From positions 1 through 59,312 of the IMG/VR virus record IMGVR_UViG_3300032898_000005: 59,312 bases of DNA. The stretch is one strand, 5' to 3'. Under the pieces are notes generated by a model. It ran no database searches. It saw only the letters and a program-made list of their open reading frames with translations, and was not told where the DNA came from. Shown piece after piece: positions 9,529-19,700 of this stretch (within the stretch, counting starts at the first letter, position 1; each line of letters opens with the position of its first letter). This stretch comes from a virus (taxonomy: Duplodnaviria > Caudoviricetes). The position numbers and the translations under genes were made by a program.

Positions 9529-9873
9529 CTAGACGGTGATGATCGCGGTGGCCTTGCCGCCCACGATCGGCGTGGTGACCACCACCCGGGCGAGGACAGC
9601 GCCAGCGACGGCGGACGGGGCCGGGATGGTGGCACCGCCGCCCGCCGTGACCGACACGGGGGTACCGGCCGCCTGCCACGTGGGGACGCCCGCCACCACG
9701 GTCGCGAGCTGCAGGGCGACGGCACCGGCGGTGATGCCGGACTCGCCTACCACCCCGCCATGGCAGGTGACCGAGCCGCCGACCGTGATGCCGAGCTGCG
9801 AGGCGAGGTCGACGACCGCCCCGTAGCCGCCTACCGCGTTGTCGAGGTCGTCGATTGCGACCGAGTTAGCCAT
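9529..9873 (-). CDS. Small virion (decoration-like) protein
   Basis: Gly/Ala/Val/Thr-rich; AGGAG RBS; downstream of capsid gene. Confidence 0.55.
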   Translation of the reverse strand: MANSVAIDDLDNAVGGYGAVVDLASQLGITVGGSVTCHGGVVGESGITAGAVALQLATVVAGVPTWQAAGTPVSVTAGGGATIPAPSAVAGAVLARVVVTTPIVGGKATAIITV

Positions 9874-9882
9874 GCTGATCTC

Positions 9883-10173
9883 CTAGCTTACGTTGGTTCC
9901 TACGAACCAGCTGAGCGTCGACCCGGTGGCCGCCGCGATCGCGTAGAGCGGGCCGGGGCCTAGGTTGCCCAGGGCCGCCAGGGGGACCACCGAGTTGGGC
10001 GGGATGGTGGCCTGCCCCGGCCCGGTCCCGCCCGCCGTGACGTTGGACCCGCCGATGGTGACGGCACCGGCACCGGAAACCGCCAGGACCAGCGACCCGG
10101 GGCCGCTGGCCTGCAGGCCGGTGCATGGGGTCGCCGTGGCGAGGACGGCCACCGAGCCGATGCTCAGGCTCAT
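9883..10173 (-). CDS. Small virion (decoration-like) protein
   Basis: Beta-rich; LYAIAA motif shared with its neighbour. Confidence 0.55.
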   Translation of the reverse strand: MSLSIGSVAVLATATPCTGLQASGPGSLVLAVSGAGAVTIGGSNVTAGGTGPGQATIPPNSVVPLAALGNLGPGPLYAIAAATGSTLSWFVGTNVS

Positions 10174-10439
10174 CAGGAAGGACCGATCCCTGCGGTGAGC
10201 TGGAGGTTGGCGATCGTGTTCGCCGCCGTGATCGCGTAGAGCGGAAGGCCGTTCTTGAGCAGCTTCATCTCAGACCCGGGCGGGAACGGCGTGCCGGTCG
10301 ACGCGGTGACTCCGGACGCCTGCCCGGTGAAGCAGGTAGACGGACCGGCGTTGACCACGGTCTGGTTCTCCAGGCCGTTGGACGGGTTGCGTACTAGGGT
10401 GGCGGCCGGGGTGACCCTCACCGAGAACTGGTCAGCCAC
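10173..10439 (-). CDS. Small virion (decoration-like) protein
   Basis: AAGGAG RBS; LYAITA motif, probable paralogue of 9883..10173. Confidence 0.55.
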   Translation of the reverse strand: MADQFSVRVTPAATLVRNPSNGLENQTVVNAGPSTCFTGQASGVTASTGTPFPPGSEMKLLKNGLPLYAITAANTIANLQLTAGIGPS

Positions 10440-10459
10440 GAGGTCTCCTTACCTGGTGG

Positions 10460-10500
10460 CCAAGGGGCGGCACCGGGGCACAGCCGGTGCCGCCCCTTGG
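10460..10500 (-). terminator. GC-rich hairpin terminator after capsid/HNH
   Basis: 17-bp inverted repeat CCAAGGGGCGGCACCGG / CCGGTGCCGCCCCTTGG. Confidence 0.7.
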
Positions 10501-10503
10501 GGC

Positions 10504-10920
10504 TTACGATCGATGCGGGCAGACCCCGCCGTTGAAGTGCCGAGCGCAGTTGCAGTTCCAACACAGCGTCTGATAGCCGGGCGGCCAGCCCTCGCGCCGG
10601 AGTCGGCGGAGGATTGCCTGGTTCTTTCCGCGAGGACTGTTCTCTGATCTGCGCTCCGCTGCGCCGTCACCGTTGATATGATCAATGGTGAGAAACCGGT
10701 ACTCGACTTCTCCGCAGCACTGGCATACCCCGCCGTAAGCTTCGATAGCCTCACGGCGGAGCTTGTGCCAGGATTTGCGATTAGCTTCGTTCCATTTCTC
10801 CGGATTAGCTTTCTGGTCGGCCGCGACGCGAGCGCGCGTGGCTGCCTGGTACTCCGGGTGCGTCCGGTAGTACTCACGCTGCCACTCGTTTCTGTCGAAT
10901 GCCGTCTTGTCGTCCGTCAT
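10504..10920 (-). CDS. HNH endonuclease
   Basis: CQCCG...LTIDHING...YQTLCWNCNCARH. Confidence 0.85.
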   Translation of the reverse strand: MTDDKTAFDRNEWQREYYRTHPEYQAATRARVAADQKANPEKWNEANRKSWHKLRREAIEAYGGVCQCCGEVEYRFLTIDHINGDGAAERRSENSPRGKNQAILRRLRREGWPPGYQTLCWNCNCARHFNGGVCPHRS

Positions 10921-10955
10921 ATGCCCAGTGTATCAGGCATATGACGTCCGCCGTA

Positions 10956-12887
10956 CTAACTGTAAGGTGTCGTGTCGCGGGCCTGAAGCCCGGTCAGGAT
11001 GCCGCAGTACATCGGGGCGTTGCAGAGCAGCGCGCCGTACATGAACATCGAGTACCGGAACGTGGGGTCGATCACGGGCCAGGAGACCGAGAGGTAGTCC
11101 TGGACCAGCACCATCTCCCAGATGTTGGAGACGTTCGACCAGGAGTAGGGGACGGTGTAGGACATCGCCGCGACGGTGCCCTGCGGCCACCACGGGTGGA
11201 CCAGGAGCTTGAGGATGTCCCGCGTGAACGGGTTCACGTACTGCGACACCGCCGCACCGGCGATGACGTTGGACACCTGGTTCTGGTCGATCTTGAGCTG
11301 GTAGTTGTTCGCCTGCCCGGCCTGCAGGATGTCGTTGGACAGGTTGCTGATGTCGGTCGAGTTACCGACCAGCTCGGTCGGGCTGGCCTTGAACGCGCCG
11401 AACCCGGTGCCGTACTGCTGCGACCCGTTCCACAGCCCGTTCAGCATCTGGTTGAGGGCCGGGATGCTGAGGTGAGTGCCCACGTTCGGCTGGTAGTAAC
11501 CGGCCTGCCAGCCCACCCCGGTCGGGTAGTTGCTGCCGCCGGTCGACGCTGCCCCGGTGAGCGTCGGGATGACGCCCAGCATACGGTTCTGACCGGCGGT
11601 GCCGGAGTCGCTCGTGGGCGGCTGGTGGCCGGTCGACGGGAGGGTCGGACCCTGGATCGTGATCTTGTTGCCGCCGAGCTGCGCGTAGAAGTACGAGTTC
11701 CCCTGGCCGGGAGTCGCGCTGGTCGAGACGTACACGGCCCAGTTGTTCGCGCCCGGGGGCAGCTTGCTGGAGATCGTCACGTCCACCACGTCGCCCGCCG
11801 CCACCGTGGTGATCGCGGCGGTGTAAGTGCCGACCGTCTCGCCCCAGTAGTTCTGGGCGGTGATGCCGACGCCAAAGTCGGCGAGGGTGCCCAGGGCGGT
11901 CTCGTTCGAGCCTGCGGTACGGACGGTGAGGGTCGGGGCGGTGATGCCCGAGGTCGAGATCGCGGTGGTGTTACCAGCGATCATCTGGTACTCCTCCATG
12001 AGCATGAACTGCTGCAGGAGGATCAGGTTGGCGAGGGCGGAGATGTCCTCGTAGCCCTGGCCCGCGAACTGCGACAGCCAGGACAGCGCCTCCGACATCC
12101 CAAAGAACTGGTAGGGGATGTTGATCGGCACGGCCGACTGCACGCCGGTGACGGGCATGTTGACCGGGAACGTGCCGCCGGGCATCGTCATCGAGGAGTT
12201 CGGGACGTCCGCGAGGGAGATGTCCACGACCGCGCCTGTGCCGCCGCCGGTGCCGCCGAAGGTCTGCGAGCCGGAGATGCCCGTGACCACGTTGACCCTG
12301 CGGCTGGTGCCCTGGCCCTGGACCCGGGCGAACTTGTTGCGCAGGGGCGAGTACACCGGGTAGATCAGCCGCGACGGGTTCACCAGGTCGTAAGGGACCA
12401 GGCCCTGCGTGGCCGCCGTCAGCGGGACGGTCAGGTTGATGTTCTTGCCCAGCTCGCCCAGCGCCTGCTCGACCTGCTGGAACAGCTGGGACATCCACGC
12501 GCCGTTGCCGCCGCCCGGTCCGTCCATGGCCGCCATGAACGAGCCGTACTGGTTCAAGAAGTTGGGGTTGAGCCCCTTCATGACCTTCTTGGGGTTCTGG
12601 AACGACTTCCGTACCGTCAACCGCAGGGCCTTAGTCGCGGCGAACGCCAGACGGAAGCCGTCCGGGTCCGAGTCGTCCATCGGCGCGATCCCGTGGACCC
12701 GCCGGTTGGACCGCTCGTCGAGGACACCCGCGCCGTAACCGGCGTAGCCTGCGCCCTTTACCGCCATGTGCATCTTGCTGCCGAGCGCGTCCTGTGCCGC
12801 GCCGAACCGGCCGATGTCGCCCAGGAGGTCGGAATCCGCAGAGTCCCGGGCATGAGTCGGCCGCGTGAGGGTGTTAGCCACCTTCAA
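10956..12887 (-). CDS. Major capsid protein (643 aa) with presumed cleaved N-terminal prodomain and inserted beta-sandwich domain
   Basis: Follows the protease/scaffold; AAGGAG RBS; YDL...LIYPVYSPLRNKFARV capsid-like segment. Confidence 0.75.
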   Translation of the reverse strand: MKVANTLTRPTHARDSADSDLLGDIGRFGAAQDALGSKMHMAVKGAGYAGYGAGVLDERSNRRVHGIAPMDDSDPDGFRLAFAATKALRLTVRKSFQNPKKVMKGLNPNFLNQYGSFMAAMDGPGGGNGAWMSQLFQQVEQALGELGKNINLTVPLTAATQGLVPYDLVNPSRLIYPVYSPLRNKFARVQGQGTSRRVNVVTGISGSQTFGGTGGGTGAVVDISLADVPNSSMTMPGGTFPVNMPVTGVQSAVPINIPYQFFGMSEALSWLSQFAGQGYEDISALANLILLQQFMLMEEYQMIAGNTTAISTSGITAPTLTVRTAGSNETALGTLADFGVGITAQNYWGETVGTYTAAITTVAAGDVVDVTISSKLPPGANNWAVYVSTSATPGQGNSYFYAQLGGNKITIQGPTLPSTGHQPPTSDSGTAGQNRMLGVIPTLTGAASTGGSNYPTGVGWQAGYYQPNVGTHLSIPALNQMLNGLWNGSQQYGTGFGAFKASPTELVGNSTDISNLSNDILQAGQANNYQLKIDQNQVSNVIAGAAVSQYVNPFTRDILKLLVHPWWPQGTVAAMSYTVPYSWSNVSNIWEMVLVQDYLSVSWPVIDPTFRYSMFMYGALLCNAPMYCGILTGLQARDTTPYS

Positions 12888-12893
12888 GCTCCT

Positions 12894-15362
12894 TTACTTC
12901 GTAAGTAGCGTGGTGAGCATCTTGGTCGCGTTGAGCCGCAGACCAGGGTCACCAGACGCCGCAAGACCGTTCACGAATGCTAGGAACTCTGCGTCCTCGC
13001 TGCCGCCCTCGTCCGCACCGCCGGTGCCGATCGACTTGGCTACGAAGCTATCGCGGTCCACCGGACCGTCAAGGATGGGCAGGCCCCGGTAGGGGGCTTG
13101 TTCCGGGTCGGGGAGCGCGCCGAGCGCGGCGTTCTCCGCTGCTAGGGACTTGTTCAGGATCTCGGCCTTGGCCAGCTTCTTCCGAAGCTTGCGCTCGGCG
13201 TCGGTCTCGATTGACTTGGTTTGGCCGGGTGCCATCGCGAACGTGGGTCGCTGGCCGGGCTTGATGCCCGTCTGGCCCTCGGCCGCGGTGTAGTCCTGCA
13301 GGGACACGTTAATCGGGCACATGTCCGGCCATAGCGCGCGGACGGACTGGTGCAGCTGGGCCAGCGAGTTGATCGCCTGGCCGAACGCTGCGGTACCGGC
13401 GGTGGCCTGGCGGCCCTCGCCTGGGCTGGAGTTCGCGCGGCCCGACTGGATGTAGCCGCGCTGGAAGTCGCTAGCCGACACCGAGTGCACGGTAGCGTTC
13501 GGCAGCGAGGAGTGGCCGGACTCGCTACCGGCGGACAGGCTGGGCCGTCCGGCTGACTGGTAGCCGCGCCGGAACTGAGTCGGCTTGATGTTGGACTGCT
13601 GGGTTGGCTTGGTGTTGGGGAACAGCTCGGGGAACGCCTTCCTGGCGTCCAGGAGCGTGTCCGGCCCGATCGACTGCATCTCACCGATCGTCCGCAGCAC
13701 GTCAGTGAAGTAGGCGGCCTCGTCGGCGCGGCCCTTGGTGATCGCCTCGATGGCGACGGACTGGATCTCCTGAACCGGCAGCGCGCTTACCACGTCGGTG
13801 ACGCCGTACGCCTTGCGGACCAGCTTCCACTTGTGGCCGGGGCAGGTCAGGTCGTGCAGCCGCCGCATGCCGTCGCTGGGCGCAGACTTCGTGACGCCCC
13901 AGCTCGACCCGGGCACCCCGGTCTCGTCGCCGGGCTCGGTAGTCGAGTTCATCGACGCGTCGTGCTCGACGCCCTCGACCTGCGCGCCGTCCGGCTCGCG
14001 GTGCTTACCCGCTGGCTTCATGGTCTTGTCCTTGGCCGTGCCGTAACCGCTCTCGGCCGCGTCCCGGTCGGGCTTGCCCCGGACGCCTGCCGGAGTGTTA
14101 CCGCCGTTGTCGCCCCGGGCCGCCGCCTGGAGCGCGTTCTTCTGGGCCTTGAGAGCCAGACGGAGCGACTTGGGGAGCTTCTGCTTCTTCTTGCTCCCGG
14201 ACGTGCTCTTGTCGTCCCCGTCGCCCTCGGAGGAGCCGTCGTCGGCGTCGTCGTCCGAGTCGTCCCCGGCCGCGTCGGTGTCGGCGTCGTAGTCCGCGAT
14301 CGTGCCGTCGTCGTCGCCCTCGTCGCCCGGGGCGTCATCGGCTGCGTCGGACTTGATAACGCCGGGCTTGGCGGTCTTCTTGACGAATCCGTTTTCGCAG
14401 TCCGGGCAGTCTCGGTGACCCTCGAGGATCTTGCCGTCTCCGTGGCAGGTCGGACAGGGCTTCATGCCGTCCGGGACCTTGACGGCCTTGAGCACCATGC
14501 CCTTGCCACCGCACTTCTCGCAGTCGCTGTCGGGGCCGCTGCACGCCGGGCACGGCTTCATCCGAGCCTTGTTAGATGGTTTGTTCTGGAGGCTGGGTGG
14601 CAGGTCGCTGTCTTCCATACCGAACTTTCGGTGAGCGATAGAGCGGATCCTCGACCGTACCGCCCCGGGGTCGTCAGCGTGGTGAGCCAGGCTGGCCGCG
14701 TCGGGAACGTCGGCGGGTCCCTTGATCGGGAACGTGTGATTAGGACCGGCGAAGTCGCCGGGCGGGACGTCGGAGACGTCGCGGCCGGAGGAGTCGACGA
14801 TCTTCTTCTTTTTTCCCAGCGCCACGCGCGCCATGGGAGACAGGCTCACGGTTTTCGCCACCAGGCGCACCCCGCCGCCCTCGATCGACTTGGCGATCTC
14901 GAACGTTGTGTTCTTGTTGCTGCCCCGGTCGACCAGGCTGACCTCACCGATCGAGCCGCCGCAGATCGTCCCGCCGGGAGCGATCCGAGACTTGAACACA
15001 ATCTGCGGGTCAAGAATCCCGATCGAGAAGTCCCGAAGGACCCCCTTCTCGACCAGGTTCTTGGCGTTGGTCTCGCAGACCAGCGCCTTGAGGTAGTGCC
15101 CGCCCTGGCCGTCCTTGTCGAGTTCAAGCGCCAGTCCCTTACCCGCAGGGTACAGGAACGGGCTGTGCTGAACACGCATGTTGCCGCCGGTCGAAAGCCA
15201 CTTCTTCAGCTCTCGGGCCGACCAGCCAGGGTCGACGATCTGGTGATCGGCGTCAACGGTGCCGTCAGTGCACTTGCCGTACACTACCAGGTCTCCGTCT
15301 GGCGTCTTGTCGAACTTCAAGATTGGAAACGAGACGTGCTGAATGCGCAGATCCGTGGCCAA
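12894..15362 (-). CDS. Prohead protease fused to accessory domains and scaffold (about 822 aa)
   Basis: GGAGGTGA RBS before TTG at 15362; HK97-type protease motifs (D..HQIVD, MRVQH, FSIG, EVSLVDRGSN); DnaJ-like CxxCxGxG repeats; acidic linker; coiled-coil C-terminus. Confidence 0.8.
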   Translation of the reverse strand: MATDLRIQHVSFPILKFDKTPDGDLVVYGKCTDGTVDADHQIVDPGWSARELKKWLSTGGNMRVQHSPFLYPAGKGLALELDKDGQGGHYLKALVCETNAKNLVEKGVLRDFSIGILDPQIVFKSRIAPGGTICGGSIGEVSLVDRGSNKNTTFEIAKSIEGGGVRLVAKTVSLSPMARVALGKKKKIVDSSGRDVSDVPPGDFAGPNHTFPIKGPADVPDAASLAHHADDPGAVRSRIRSIAHRKFGMEDSDLPPSLQNKPSNKARMKPCPACSGPDSDCEKCGGKGMVLKAVKVPDGMKPCPTCHGDGKILEGHRDCPDCENGFVKKTAKPGVIKSDAADDAPGDEGDDDGTIADYDADTDAAGDDSDDDADDGSSEGDGDDKSTSGSKKKQKLPKSLRLALKAQKNALQAAARGDNGGNTPAGVRGKPDRDAAESGYGTAKDKTMKPAGKHREPDGAQVEGVEHDASMNSTTEPGDETGVPGSSWGVTKSAPSDGMRRLHDLTCPGHKWKLVRKAYGVTDVVSALPVQEIQSVAIEAITKGRADEAAYFTDVLRTIGEMQSIGPDTLLDARKAFPELFPNTKPTQQSNIKPTQFRRGYQSAGRPSLSAGSESGHSSLPNATVHSVSASDFQRGYIQSGRANSSPGEGRQATAGTAAFGQAINSLAQLHQSVRALWPDMCPINVSLQDYTAAEGQTGIKPGQRPTFAMAPGQTKSIETDAERKLRKKLAKAEILNKSLAAENAALGALPDPEQAPYRGLPILDGPVDRDSFVAKSIGTGGADEGGSEDAEFLAFVNGLAASGDPGLRLNATKMLTTLLTK

Positions 15363-15408
15363 CCGGTCACCTCCGATGTCTGGAGTAATCCTATCACGCG
15401 CCCGTGAG

Positions 15409-15570
15409 CTAGGCCACCTGGCAGGTAACCTCGATGACCACCGCATCCGTCTCGGTGATAAAAACGACCGGAGGGCCGGAGGTGGCCCCGGTGTAGACGG
15501 TCTGGTCGGTGTTGTCGATCGAGGAGTCCGAGCCCGCGATGTAGGCAACCGGCTGCTGGGTCGTGGCCAC
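15409..15570 (-). CDS. Small hypothetical protein (53 aa, MATTQQPVAY...)
   Basis: TAGGAG RBS before GTG at 15570; corresponds to the C-terminal part of track ORF 15409..16014. Confidence 0.55.
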   Translation of the reverse strand: MATTQQPVAYIAGSDSSIDNTDQTVYTGATSGPPVVFITETDAVVIEVTCQVA

Positions 15571-15578
15571 GTCCGCTC

Positions 15579-16004
15579 CTAAGGCTGGATAGACGGGTCC
15601 AGATAGAACTGGCCCCAGAACAGGTTCCGCTCGGACCCGGCCACGTCGTAGTCCATCCACAGGGCGTGGTAACCCTGGTACGGCGCTCCCAGCGGCAGCG
15701 TGGCGGCCGGATTGATCGTCAGAATCACCGAGGTCAGGAGCGAGCTGGACTGCACCGCCAGCTCGCCGCCGCCGCTCGGGATCGGGCTGGCGTCTCCGCC
15801 GTCCGAGGTCAGCAGGATCACCGGATCGGCGTCGGTCACGTTGGTCTTTACCACGTACGCGAACGTGTGCTCGGCCGGGGGGTACGGCACGATCCCGCCC
15901 GGCTGAAACATGTTGAATGACCACTGGGTGAACGACCCCCACGCCATCCGGAGGTCCCACTGCAGTGACGATACGCCTAGTGGCATGAGCCCAGTATACA
16001 GCAA
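15579..16004 (-). CDS. Hypothetical protein, possibly structural
   Basis: Beta-rich 141-aa ORF in the head operon. Confidence 0.55.
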   Translation of the reverse strand: MLYTGLMPLGVSSLQWDLRMAWGSFTQWSFNMFQPGGIVPYPPAEHTFAYVVKTNVTDADPVILLTSDGGDASPIPSGGGELAVQSSSLLTSVILTINPAATLPLGAPYQGYHALWMDYDVAGSERNLFWGQFYLDPSIQP

Positions 16005-16046
16005 GGCCCGGCACCGGTCACCCGGTCCGGGCCCTGGCTTGCCTGG

Positions 16047-16304
16047 CTACTGCATCTCGGCCTCGATCTTGTAGCCGTTCCTGACGTACTCGACGTAGCC
16101 CTCCTCGGTCAGGTTGTCCAGTTCCTCCCGGGTGAACCCGACGAGCCAGATGCCCGTGTCGGCGTCCACCTCCTCGACCGTCCGCGTCCAGGCGGTCGGA
16201 TCCATCGCGGCATTGACGGCCTCAATCGCGCTTCCGATCGACCGGACGGGCAGGCCGCTTATGGTCTCGATTATCGCGACCTGAACCAGATTGATCTCTC
16301 GCAT
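16047..16304 (-). CDS. Hypothetical protein (85 aa)
   Basis: GAGGAG RBS; followed by a hairpin at about 16003-16033. Confidence 0.6.
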   Translation of the reverse strand: MREINLVQVAIIETISGLPVRSIGSAIEAVNAAMDPTAWTRTVEEVDADTGIWLVGFTREELDNLTEEGYVEYVRNGYKIEAEMQ

Positions 16305-16318
16305 GTCTCGCTCCTCGC

Positions 16319-16411
16319 TTATTGAACGTCTGCCGCGCGCTTGGCCGCGCGGAACATGTAGCGGGTGATCGTCCAGCCGGTGAGCCGGGCTCCGGTCTCG
16401 TCTGTGTTCAT
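16319..16411 (-). CDS. Leaderless 30-aa ORF (MNTDETGARLTGWTITRYMFRAAKRAADVQ)
   Basis: ATG lies 7 nt downstream of a TGG-TTTAAT -10 box with TTGTCC -35. Confidence 0.45.
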   Translation of the reverse strand: MNTDETGARLTGWTITRYMFRAAKRAADVQ

Positions 16412-16417
16412 ACCACT

Positions 16418-16447
16418 ATTAAACCACACAGAGTGACATCCGGACAA
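16418..16447 (-). promoter_or_regulatory. SigA-type promoter overlapping palindromic operator
   Basis: TTGTCC-N18-TTTAAT; operator TTGTC-CGGAT-GTCAC at 16447-16433. Confidence 0.65.
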
Positions 16448-16452
16448 GCGGT

Positions 16453-16671
16453 TTATTTGATCGTATTTGGTCCGGTCAGGGCCGCCGCGTTACTGACGAT
16501 CGCGGGCGGGGCGGCCTGCCAGGCGGGCAGCTTCTTGAACTGACGGATAGCCGCCGCCTGCTGCGCGGCCGGTACCCCGGTTACCCCCAGGTAGCTGAGA
16601 AAGTCGTCCCAGTCGCCCAGATCCCACGTAAGGGTCTTGATCCAGTCCTCGTTAGTGTCGTCGTTAGCCAT
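16453..16671 (-). CDS. Small protein directly downstream of the ART-like domain; candidate immunity or partner protein
   Basis: GGAGGAG RBS and its own promoter; NEDWIKTLTWDL motif; position typical of an immunity gene in polymorphic toxin loci. Confidence 0.6.
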   Translation of the reverse strand: MANDDTNEDWIKTLTWDLGDWDDFLSYLGVTGVPAAQQAAAIRQFKKLPAWQAAPPAIVSNAAALTGPNTIK

Positions 16672-16692
16672 GGATATCATCTCCTCCCTACC

Positions 16693-16722
16693 ATTAAAAC
16701 ACGCTTATTGTCTCCCGGTCAA
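16693..16722 (-). promoter_or_regulatory. SigA-type promoter / operator
   Basis: TTGACC-N18-TTTAAT; TTGTC-TCCCG-GTCAA at 16708-16722 overlaps the stop codon of the giant ORF. Confidence 0.65.
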
Positions 16723-19700
16723 GTATTGCTGGTCGGCCCGACGGTTACCACGCCGGTGGCGTCCAGGCCCACCAGCTCGTACTCATTCAGGCATCCGAAG
16801 CCGGACCGGGGCCAGGACAGGATCGAGGTGACCGGCATGGACGACTTCAAGATCACGCTGGTCGAGCCGCCGTTTGCGAACGACTTGGCCGTTCCCGTGT
16901 TGACGGTCCACGACGACAGCGGCCGGAGCGGCGGGACCTCGATCTTGTCGCCGGACTTGATGCCCTTGGCCCAGTCCGGCAGCATGCCCGCATCCCATTT
17001 CATGCCACGGATGACGTTGACCCGAGTGATCCCGCGCTCCTTGAAATCCTCCTGCGTAAGCTCGTACTGGGCTCGGAGGAACGCTCGATAAGCTTCACCA
17101 TGCTGGGCGTATGCCTCGTCGATCTCGTCTTGCTTTCCCGAATCCAGGGTCCATGGGGCTACGTGGCCGCGATCGAGCCCGAACTCGTCGATAGCGGCCT
17201 CCTGCGCGACCAGGGACTTGGTGCTGGTGTCGTTCGACGTACCGGCCCAGTTCTGTACCAGCTTGGCCGCCGCCCATTGCTTGATGTCGGCGGCGGTCAG
17301 CTGCTTGTCGTAGTCGGACAGCGGGTTGAGGGCGTTCTTCTTCGAGATCGTCAGCTCGTACCCGATGTTACTCTTCTTGAACGTGTACTTGTCCGGGTGC
17401 TCGGCCGCGTCCATCATCAGGTTGTAGTGTTCGGTGTCCTCGTTGCCGTCTCCGGCGAACGCGGCGGCCACCATCTTCTTGGGCTCGACCTGGATGCGCG
17501 CGGCCAGCCGGGAAGCTACCAGCTGCTTGTGAGCCACCGCGTCATTCGCGCTGTACGGATGGCCCGGCAGGTCCTCATTGAACAGCGCGTCACGGATCGC
17601 GGTGTGCGACTCGTCCTTGGAGTCCCACGCGCCCATCTCGTGGCTGGCCGGTGCCCCGGGCTCGGGCTTGGGCACCTTGGGCGCGTTGGTCGACGCGGCG
17701 GTAGGCTTGGGCACCTTGGGCTTGGACGGAACCGCCCCGGGCTTGGTGCTCAGCTCGGCTACGATCGCGGCAGCATCGAATTCGACCTTCTCCTGCTTCT
17801 GAGCACCCTGCATGTGCTCACCGATCAGGTTGTACACCTTGACGTTAGACGAGTTCAGGCTGGCGATGGTGGTATCGGCCATCGGCCCGGCCGGGGCGAA
17901 CGTGCCGTCCGGCTGCTTTGCCTCGATCGTTACCTTGCCGTCGCCCTTGTACACCGCCCGCAGTCCGGCGTTTCGCAGTCCGGGCTTGCCCTCCGGGTGA
18001 GGCTCGATCGCGAACATCGAGTCCTTGCCGTCCGTGGTGACCACGTAAGCCCAGTTCCGGCCGTCCGGAGTGACTCCCACGTCGGTGTACGCGACCCCGG
18101 CCGTGGACCCTTCCGGCTTGCCCCCGCCCGGCTCGTCGGAGTTCTCAAGGGCGGCGGCCAGGTCCGCTAGGTGCTCGTCCGAGGTCTCGCCCGGGGCCGG
18201 GTGGGTGGCGGCGGCCGGGGCGGTCGGCTTGGGCTTGGCGGTGCCCAGCTTGGACGCCAGCTTGTCCTGCAGCTTGGCGCTGTGGCTAAGCTCCTCGTGG
18301 GCCTGGGCGTGGGTGATGTCGCCGTTCTTTACCGACGCCACCAGCTGGCTGACGTGCTTCGAGTCGTGACCAGGCAGGTAGTTCCCGCCCTTGGTCTTGG
18401 CTCCGCAGCCGTCGTGGCAGTGGCCCGGCTCGATCTTAGGCTTAGCCGGGGCCGGGTTCGGGTCGAACGTGTGGTTAGCGTGGGCGTCATAGTCCGCAGT
18501 GGAGTGGTAGAACGGGCTGACCGGGTGTCCGCTATTGTTCAGCTTTGTCTCTAGCTTACCCTGCAGCTTGGGCTTGCCGTGGAGCATGCCCAGCGCGGAC
18601 TCGGCCGTGATGTGCCCGTCCTGCACCGCCTGGTGAAGGTGGCTCACGTGCTTGGCGTCGTGGCCGGGCAGGTAGTTGCCGCCCTTGGTCTTGCCGCCGC
18701 ACCCGTCGTGGCAGTCGTTCGCGGCCGGGTCGATCAGCACGTAGCCGTGGTGGTAGGTGTACGCGGTACCGGCGATGTGGTGCCCGTGGAAGCTGTCCTT
18801 GATCAGCCGCGGGATCGCGTGCTTGTTCTTGGGGTCGCTGCCCTCGTGCACCTGGTCGAGGTGGGTCTCCTCCATGTCGTGCCGGTCGGCTGGCTCGATG
18901 TCACCGATCCACGCGGGGATCAGCTCGTCCAGCTCGTGGTACGCTAGCGCCCTATGGTGGCCGTCGACGTCGATGTAGTCGCCGTCCGGGTCGACCACCA
19001 AGACCGCCGGGTTTACGTGCTCGCCCGCCCGGATCTTGCGCTTGAACTCGTCGACCTTACCACGCTGGTGACTGGCCGCCCACTTGTCCATGTCGTCGTG
19101 GTCGACCTCGGCCCACGGCACCAGGTGCGGACCGCTCCAGGTCGCGTCCTTTACCCACTCGATCGAGTCGGGCGGGTAGTTCCGGAGCAGCTGCTGGTAG
19201 ACCTGCTCACCGATGCTGGCCGCGCTCTTCTCGATCGGGTCGCCGGTGGCCTCCAGGGCTCGGCGGACGCGCTTGGGGTGGTCCCTCAGCTCGTCTCGGA
19301 CCGCCGGGTTGTCCTTGAGTTCCGCAGGGTCCCACCACGCGACAGCTTCCGGGTTATCGTTACCTGGATCGTCCGGATTGGCACCCTTGGCACGGTCGAG
19401 GATAGGTACGTCGGACTCGGACCGTACCACCACCACGTGCCCGCGATACGGTCCCGTATCCCAAGTCGCAACAGCGTTTCCCTTTGGAACCGGCAGGCCA
19501 GTCTCTTCCGCCCATTCGCGCCTAGCGGCGTCCTCAACGCTCTCGCCGTCTTCAAGCCTGCCTCCTGGGAACTCCCACTTGCCACCGGCCGGATCGTCCT
19601 CGTCGTGCGCCCGCTGGATCATCAGCACGCGGCCGGTGTCCTTGGCCCGGACTGCCAGCCCGCCCGCCTCGAATTCAGCGGCGTCGGACTTAAACACGTT

